Below, one piece after another: positions 19,028 through 26,400 of a DNA stretch of 32,000 nt (position 1 is its first letter; every line of letters starts with the position of its first letter). A program made the position numbers and the translations under genes. The stretch covers positions 60,001-92,000 of the forward strand of contig JASBSB010000007.1 of NCBI GenBank assembly GCA_030149205.1, in the 5' to 3' direction. Under the pieces are notes generated by a model. That model ran no database searches and was not told the origin of the DNA. It was given only the letters and a program-made list of their open reading frames with translations. Source of the stretch: Candidatus Heimdallarchaeota archaeon (GTDB taxonomy: Archaea; Asgardarchaeota; Heimdallarchaeia; Heimdallarchaeales; Kariarchaeaceae).

Positions 19028-21265
19028 TTGGGTAATTATTTTTTTAACCCCAATAAAGAGGGTTCATGGGTTCTTTTATCTTTGGAGGAAGAATTATTTA
19101 ATGAACTTGGAAAAGAAATTAAACAAAATTTTGAAGATTTTCTTAAAGCTATAAAAGAACCAAAATTTCAGGAATCTTGTTATTATGACCACAAGTGCAA
19201 ATATAAGCTCTCTGATTTTACCGGCAAGGTTCAAAATCCAATTAACAACACTATAGCACTACACAAGTTTTATCTCAAACATGATAAAGACCTAATTAAA
19301 ACCAAAACCCCACCTTTTTTTGCCTTTTTATGTTTTTTTATCGTTCCAATGCTTCATGATGAGAAAAATTATTATAAACCCTTAAATCAGTTATTAAATT
19401 TAAACAACGAAGGTATGCCAAAAGGATTTGAAGAGATACCAAATGTATTCGTAACTTTAGAAGATTGGTCACTGCAAAATGAAGGGAAATTAGGGTTATT
19501 CTTAGCTAATTCTAATTTCATACATGAAAGATACATTAATGTTGGAACAATTTGGACTCAAAGTCTTTTACGACCTTCTGACAAAGAAATTCTCAAAATC
19601 ATTTTTTATGGATACCAAGGTATAAAAGGAAGAAATATTTCTAAACAAGAATTAAGATATCTGATTATTAACTCAAAACCTTTTCATCTACTTAGAAAAA
19701 AAATTAAGGATATCTTAAAAGATGACAATCCAAATAATAAAACAAAAAAAGCACTTCTACAAATAATACAAAATGAATACTCAGATTGGGATGGAAAAAT
19801 CGATGAGAAATTTATTTCATATATTGATAAAAGAGAATTAAATCTAGATGCCCGTGGTCATATCTCTTTGAAGTTTCAGGAGACAAAATTAATTTCTGTG
19901 AGATTAAGGTTTCAAATATACAGTGAGAATTTAAAAGGAAAAATAACATTCAATATAGAAAGAAATAAATTATTGATAAAGGTTAGAAATGATGATTGGA
20001 GTTCTCCAGCCTACACAGTTAATCAAGATGAGATGGAAGCAGAAATATTTGATGCAACAAAAATATTATTTGAAAATGTATATATAGATTCTGAAAAGTT
20101 AAAATCTGTATTTCATAGTAAAGATATATTATACTTTCAGCAAGGTGGATTCCATAATGGATTAAATAATGATGAATTTATACAAAATTCTCAACTTTCT
20201 GTTGATGAAATTAACATGGTAATTACAACTAAGAATAATAAACAATACTTATCTTGGAGTGAAAATCCAGAAAATTACAAAAATCAAAAAAAATTACAAC
20301 ACCCACAAAGTGGGAAATTTGATTTATTTGTTATTCAGGATCCAAAAGTTGATATTATAAGTTTAGAACCAATCGTGAATATAGACGATGTTTTAATAGA
20401 ATTTATTGATGGAATAAAAAAACCAAATACAAAAAAAAGTATCTATTTTTTTGATGTCCCTCCTACAATATTGATTAAACCAAAAGATAATTACAAAGTT
20501 TTTTTAGGTGGTACAATATGTTCGATTGATGTTGAGAATTTATGTGAGCATAAAATTTTAAAATTGAAAAATAATAGTCTAAATGAATACTCTGTACGAA
20601 TTAATAAACATATTAATCATTATTATGAGTCGCAGTTAGAAATTATTGTTAAAAAAGAAGATCAAATTTTGGCTCGCAAACAGATTAAATTTATTAAAAC
20701 CATAATGAAAATACCACACATCAGATTTAAAAGAGATTTATTTTTCAATCAAATTGAAAATGAAGATAAATTTGTGGATTTTTTCATTTATAGACTACGT
20801 TCTAAATTTCCTTTAGAATTTGGGATAAATGTAACTTTTATTGGTCTTCAACCAGGAGAAATTTGTAGATTTAATTTGAAGAAACCTGTGATTAACACGC
20901 ACAAAAAACAAAAAACGAAATATAAATTTAATAAATATCAAAAATATAAAAATTATAAAAGAACCTCAGATATCCAATTATACCAAGAGGAAAAGGCTAA
21001 ATTAGAATTAACTTCATGGAATCCAATTTGGGCTATTATTCATCAAATTAATGAAAAATTGGAGTTTATTCCCCTAAATACGAAAAAAAATCGAAATCAA
21101 ATCATACGAAATATAAATCAATTAAATGGAAATGTTCCACTGGGTTTGAATGGAGAGGAATGGAAAAAAATAATAATCAATTTTAAAGGAATGAAACCAA
21201 AATCAATTTCTGAAAAAATGTTATGGGATAAATTCTCAAATCAGGTTTTAACTTTATTCCAATAG
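19028..21265 (+). CDS. 745-aa hypothetical protein, Druantia accessory-like (DruH N-part or DruC/DruF-like)
   Basis: Long ORF in the island upstream of the DruE-like helicase. TTG start, but the frame is open from 18989 (…SYFTWNSILGNYFFNP). Ends in TAG in frame with the next ORF. Confidence 0.5.
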   Translation: MGNYFFNPNKEGSWVLLSLEEELFNELGKEIKQNFEDFLKAIKEPKFQESCYYDHKCKYKLSDFTGKVQNPINNTIALHKFYLKHDKDLIKTKTPPFFAFLCFFIVPMLHDEKNYYKPLNQLLNLNNEGMPKGFEEIPNVFVTLEDWSLQNEGKLGLFLANSNFIHERYINVGTIWTQSLLRPSDKEILKIIFYGYQGIKGRNISKQELRYLIINSKPFHLLRKKIKDILKDDNPNNKTKKALLQIIQNEYSDWDGKIDEKFISYIDKRELNLDARGHISLKFQETKLISVRLRFQIYSENLKGKITFNIERNKLLIKVRNDDWSSPAYTVNQDEMEAEIFDATKILFENVYIDSEKLKSVFHSKDILYFQQGGFHNGLNNDEFIQNSQLSVDEINMVITTKNNKQYLSWSENPENYKNQKKLQHPQSGKFDLFVIQDPKVDIISLEPIVNIDDVLIEFIDGIKKPNTKKSIYFFDVPPTILIKPKDNYKVFLGGTICSIDVENLCEHKILKLKNNSLNEYSVRINKHINHYYESQLEIIVKKEDQILARKQIKFIKTIMKIPHIRFKRDLFFNQIENEDKFVDFFIYRLRSKFPLEFGINVTFIGLQPGEICRFNLKKPVINTHKKQKTKYKFNKYQKYKNYKRTSDIQLYQEEKAKLELTSWNPIWAIIHQINEKLEFIPLNTKKNRNQIIRNINQLNGNVPLGLNGEEWKKIIINFKGMKPKSISEKMLWDKFSNQVLTLFQ

Positions 21266-21274
21266 GTGGTAAGA

Positions 21275-22270
21275 ATGAACAACATGCTTTTAAAACTTAT
21301 TAGTCATCATGGAGAACTAAGTATATCTAATAAATTTTATGATATATATTATTCATTATTAAAAAAAAGAGCTGAAGAAATTAATAATTTTGACCTTTTA
21401 GATGAAAATTATTTTAAATTTCATCGCAATCAAACTCTAGAATATCTTAGAGCATTATGTCATATAGATTTCAGTATTCCAGAAAATAAAATTGTAATAT
21501 TAAAACCAACACTTCATGAAATAAAAAAGGTTGCTCGTTTGCACACATTTTACATTAGTGGATCAATAGATGATGAACTGAAAAATGAATTAGATATTTT
21601 TGTACAAGAAAATAGAGATATCAAATATGAAAAAAGAATAAATAACAGAAATGATAATTTAGTTTTAATTCCAGATTCTATCTATCTTTTGACTCATGAC
21701 TTTGACAAAATTATTGATTTTTGTAAGTCGGATGAAAGATTTAATTTTTCTTTTCAAACTGGCTCAAACATGATCCAAAACTCTCCAAGGTTAGATATCT
21801 ATTTAAAATATCTAAATAAAAAGGGAGTAAGTTGGCAACCATTTAAAGATTTGAAAGGGTATAGTAAATATTATTTTGATAAAAACAATTTCAAATATCT
21901 AATAAAAAAGCAAGTTGCAAGAACAATGCTTGTAAAATATCAAAATCCAATAAATTTTCAAAATTATTTTTTTCTTGTTGAAAACAATCAGATGATAGAA
22001 GTGGATTATTATTGGGGAAAATACTTATATTTAAATAAAATTGGTGTTACCAGTTCAGTTATATATTATAACACCTATAAAAAGGAACTCAAAATTCCTC
22101 AATCATTAAAATTACCACCTTCAATTAAAATTGGATTGACTATGTTATCTGCAGAAATTCCAAAAATTAGTTTGATTAATAACATTCGATATGAAGTTTA
22201 CTATAATGTTCTCGAACCTATGGCATACGAAATATGTATAAGACTTGGACAAAGGTTAAGTCGCAAGTAA
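21275..22270 (+). CDS. ~331-aa hypothetical protein, Druantia accessory-like (DruH C-part or DruD-like)
   Basis: LEYLRALCHIDF...V.LKPTL and LKLPPSIKIGLTMLSAEIP...YYNVLEPMAYEICIRLGQ recall, from memory, proteins encoded beside DruE. SD-like AGGTGGT precedes ATG 21275. Confidence 0.5.
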   Translation: MNNMLLKLISHHGELSISNKFYDIYYSLLKKRAEEINNFDLLDENYFKFHRNQTLEYLRALCHIDFSIPENKIVILKPTLHEIKKVARLHTFYISGSIDDELKNELDIFVQENRDIKYEKRINNRNDNLVLIPDSIYLLTHDFDKIIDFCKSDERFNFSFQTGSNMIQNSPRLDIYLKYLNKKGVSWQPFKDLKGYSKYYFDKNNFKYLIKKQVARTMLVKYQNPINFQNYFFLVENNQMIEVDYYWGKYLYLNKIGVTSSVIYYNTYKKELKIPQSLKLPPSIKIGLTMLSAEIPKISLINNIRYEVYYNVLEPMAYEICIRLGQRLSRK

Positions 22271-23320
22271 AATTACAGTATAGAAACTTGCAATATACTG
22301 TCGTTGAATTTTGGTCTTCCTAATGTTGTAAATATAAAATTTTTTCCGAACATGTTTTTCTAAATCAATATTGTATGAGAATTTTCGAATTCCCCGAATT
22401 GAAAAATTAAAATTATTCTGTGTAAAGACAAGAGAAATCGTTCCATCTTGTGCACAAAAAATTTTTTCTAAAATACCAACTTGATCAAAAGTTTCTCGTT
22501 TATTTTCCCCAACAAATGCTAAAATATTGTCTCTATATGGAAAACATATTGACCTATATATACATCTCCTGCAAATTTCAACATCAGGAGAAGCTAATTC
22601 AAGCTGTAATTTCTTTGGTAAATTCTTGGTATCTTTCCCGAAATTTTTAATTTTTTCAGAAATTGGAATAAATTGATTTTTGAAATAAGTTAAATATCGA
22701 ATTACTTTAAGTTTTTCTAATTTTATAGGAATTCTTCTATTCTTATTATCGACTAGAATTAGATTTTGTGGCCATTTCTTATTTATTTCTGAGTATAAAT
22801 AAGCATAAATATGGAGTTGAAGGTTATATTTCTTCAAATATCTTATTTCTGACGGTATTTTCTTTTTAAAATCAATTATGGTTGTACCCGATTTTTTTTC
22901 AATAATTAAATCAGGAATGCCAACAACATTAAATATTTTAGATTTAAGTTTGATCTCAAAATAAGTCTGAATGCTCTCTGTACTTTTAAAGGATTTTTTA
23001 TTTTCTGATAATATGAACCTTAACTTTTCCTTTTCCACATAATAATTTGGTATGAATTTATTTAAGGGGAAAAAATTTTTTTCTGGCAAACCCCTTTTTA
23101 TATAATTATTCATTAACTCTGTTTCAATTTCACACCAATTATTATCAAAATCATTATTATCAATTAATCTATTTCTAATTTTATGTTGAATTTGACCTAA
23201 TAATATGTTGGGAGAATAGGGAATATCTCTCGAAATATTTAGGTAGTAAAAAATGAATTTTAGGCGACATTCAAAAAAAGTAAAAAGTATAGTAGTAGAG
23301 ATTTCCCTCAATTTATTCAT
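22256..23320 (-). CDS. PD-(D/E)XK nuclease, Cas4/AddB/RecB-like, with a probable 4Fe-4S staple
   Basis: GIPDLI, IIDFKK and QLHIYAYL. One N-terminal Cys (FECRLK) plus C-x2-C-x5-C (CRRCIYRSIC). LLGQIQH helix. Confidence 0.85.
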   Translation of the reverse strand: MNKLREISTTILFTFFECRLKFIFYYLNISRDIPYSPNILLGQIQHKIRNRLIDNNDFDNNWCEIETELMNNYIKRGLPEKNFFPLNKFIPNYYVEKEKLRFILSENKKSFKSTESIQTYFEIKLKSKIFNVVGIPDLIIEKKSGTTIIDFKKKIPSEIRYLKKYNLQLHIYAYLYSEINKKWPQNLILVDNKNRRIPIKLEKLKVIRYLTYFKNQFIPISEKIKNFGKDTKNLPKKLQLELASPDVEICRRCIYRSICFPYRDNILAFVGENKRETFDQVGILEKIFCAQDGTISLVFTQNNFNFSIRGIRKFSYNIDLEKHVRKKFYIYNIRKTKIQRQYIASFYTVILLAT

Positions 23321-23405
23321 ATTATTTTTTTATTTTATACTATTAACATCTGTTGTCCTAAATTGTTATTAATGTTAAAAAAATTGAAAAGATTACTGAT
23401 TTTTC

Positions 23406-26400
23406 GTGGATGACCCTATCCAAGTATTTAATGACATAAATAATAACATAATCCGCTACATTAGAACTGCTTTTGGAACAGATCATAAAAACATTGAAGA
23501 TGAAAGAGAATTTTTATTAAAGAACTCAAATTTATTTAGTCAAATTCCTTATATCGAAATTTTACCGGAATACTTGACGTCGGGCAAAAAGATTACGGAT
23601 TTAACAAGTCAAGACTTACCCCAATTATCTGTAAAGGAAGTAGAGCAATTCATAGAACTAGTTAAAATGGGACTTATTGGTGATTATGAGCTTTATAACC
23701 ATCAATTAGAAATGCTTAAAAGAAGCCTCAATGGTCAAAATTGTATAATAACCTCTGGTACAGGGTCTGGAAAAACAGAAGCTTTTCTTTTGCCTTTGTT
23801 TGCAAGTTTGGTGAAAGAGTTTAAAAATTGGACTTCACCAACTCCAATAAATAAAAGAAACAATGATTGGTGGTCAAATTCTACATGGAAATCAGAACAT
23901 TTTACAAAAGGAAAGCAACCTCGAATTAAAGAGAGTTATTTCGTAAAACAGAGAGGGCATGAAACTAGGAAATCGGGTATTAGAGCTTTGCTACTTTACC
24001 CAATGAATGCACTAATTGAAGATCAATTAACAAGATTAAGAAGGTCACTTGATACAGAAAGCATTAGACAATGGTTTACTGAAAATTGTGAAAATAACTT
24101 TATTTACTTTGGTAGATACAACGGTAGTACTCCAGTATCGGGAACAGAATTAAATCAAAAAGGAAATCCAAATCGTTCAAAAATAACAGATCTTGAGAGT
24201 AAAATGAGAGAAATGGAATCAACCTTTGAGGCTGCAATAAGAGAAGAGCAATTGAATAATAAAGAAGGGGAAATTAGATATTTTTTTCAAAATCCGTTTG
24301 GTTCAGAAATGCGCTCTAGGTGGGATATGCAGTCAAACCCCCCAGACATCCTTATAACAAATTATTCAATGTTAGGAATAATGATGATGAGAGAGGAAGA
24401 AGATCAAATTTTTTCATTAACAAAAGAATGGTTGGAAGAAGACCAAAATAACATATTTCACCTTATAATTGATGAACTGCACCTTTTTAGAGGGACTCAA
24501 GGGGCTGAGGTATCATATCTTCTTAAATTATTTTTATCAAGGATTGGTCTTCATCCAGGTCATAATCAGTTGAGAGTTTTAGCTTCTAGTGCTTCCCTTT
24601 CAGCTGAAGATGAAAAAAGTTTTGAATTTATAGAAGCTTTCTTTGGAATGAAAAGAGGGAATTTTAGCTTAATTTCTGGGGATTTAAAAATCCCTGATTC
24701 TAAAAACATCTTGAAGTTAAACAAAGGTGATCTTGACCTAATAGTTGACAATTTATCGAGCTTGTCCGGGAATAGTTTGGTTGAACATTTTCAAAATCGT
24801 TTTACAAGAAATTCTTTGCTTCAATTTTCAAATTTATTAAAGTCAAACTTTTTGGATACTAATGAGAAGCGATATATAACTATTTCCATTTTAGAACTTG
24901 CAAAAAGGATATATCCAAATGTTGAAGACAAAAATACTTTACTTAATGAGATAGGAAAGTTATTAAGGTTAAGGGGTGCTTTCTCAAACAATAAACTACT
25001 TCCTAGTTTTAGAATACACCTACTCTATAGAACAATTAAAGGATTTTGGGGTAGTGTAAAACCAGATCTTCTAGCTAATCCCAAAAATTCGGTTTTTCTA
25101 GAACCACAGGTTTTTGATTCAAATCTAAATAAAGTAGCTGAATTATTATATTGTGAGCAATGTGGGGCAATTTTTTATGGTGGCTTTAGATTTCAAACAA
25201 AAAGTTCCACTGAGTTAATATTGACAGATTATAATTTTAGTAGATTACCCGATAGAACTCCAAATTTTGAATTTTACCGTAGAAGTTTTTACGAATATAT
25301 TGTATTTTACCCAAATTTCAATAATGAAAATATACAAGAAGAAAATTGGAGTGTATCTCCCAAGTTAAAAACAGGTCAAAATATCGAAAACCTTACTGAT
25401 AAGCGTACTGGACATTGGAAAAAGGCCAAAATAAATAGATTTACTGGAGAAATTAAAATTGGAAATGAAGATGAAATAGACTGGATAAATGGATTCATAT
25501 ACTCTTTAAGTTCAGATAATAAATATTCTATTTCACCAGAACTACACAGGTATAGGGCTGCACCAAATATTTGTATTTCATGTGGTGTGGACTACCGGAA
25601 GAGAAAATTAGATTCTCCTATTAGAGCATTTAGGACTGGTCTTTCTAAACTTTCTCAACTATTTATAAAAGAACTTTTTATGCAATTACCGGAGAATCAA
25701 GTTAAAAAAACAGTTATTTTTTCTGATAGTAGAGAGGATGCTGCGACTATTTCTAATGGTATTGAACGTTCTCACTATCAAGAATTAATAAGAGATTTAT
25801 TACTTTCTCTGTCCGAAATAATTTTAGACGGGCAATTAGCTTTTATTGAATTTTATAATGATTTAGAAGGTGAAAAATTAGAAGACTTAATTTTATTAAT
25901 TGCACAATATGAGTTTCAAAAAGGACTAAAAATTTTTCTAGAAAAATATGAAGGAAATAAAGTTGAGCGAATCAAAAAAATTAACGAGGCATATCCAAAA
26001 ATCTTAGAGACGATTTTCAATTTACAAGAGGAGATTAATACAGATTTGACTGAAATTACCTCAGAAGCAAAAAGAAAATTAAGAAAGAAGAAAATCAATG
26101 AAACACAAGAAATTTATGATATGATTAAATTAAAGATTGAAAACAGGATATTATCAATTGTTGATTTTTTGTCATTTGAGAATAATAACGGATATTTGAT
26201 TAAAAAATTACTTGAGTTGGGGATCAACCCTGGTGGACCTGATATCTCGCTAAAATATACAATTGATGGTCAAATCTGGACAAAAATTTATGATTTTGAA
26301 AATTTAACCACAAAAAAAGTTCTAAATGTTGAACTAAATCAATTAAAGGATAAAATAACTAAAAAATTACAATCAAATATTCTTTCAATATTATTTAGAA

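Noticed and set aside
21263-21265. Genome-wide TAG recoding or pyrrolysine as the explanation for the in-frame TAG
   Set aside because: TAG is an ordinary stop for host genes here (5497-5499, 14261-14263), and no pyl genes are in the window.
22256-23320. CRISPR-Cas locus suggested by the Cas4-like gene
   Set aside because: No repeat-spacer array and no cas1, cas2 or other cas genes seen in the window.
1818-26098. Short antisense or alternate-frame ORFs of 60-120 aa in the ORF track
   Set aside because: They lie within well-supported genes and show no recognisable motifs.
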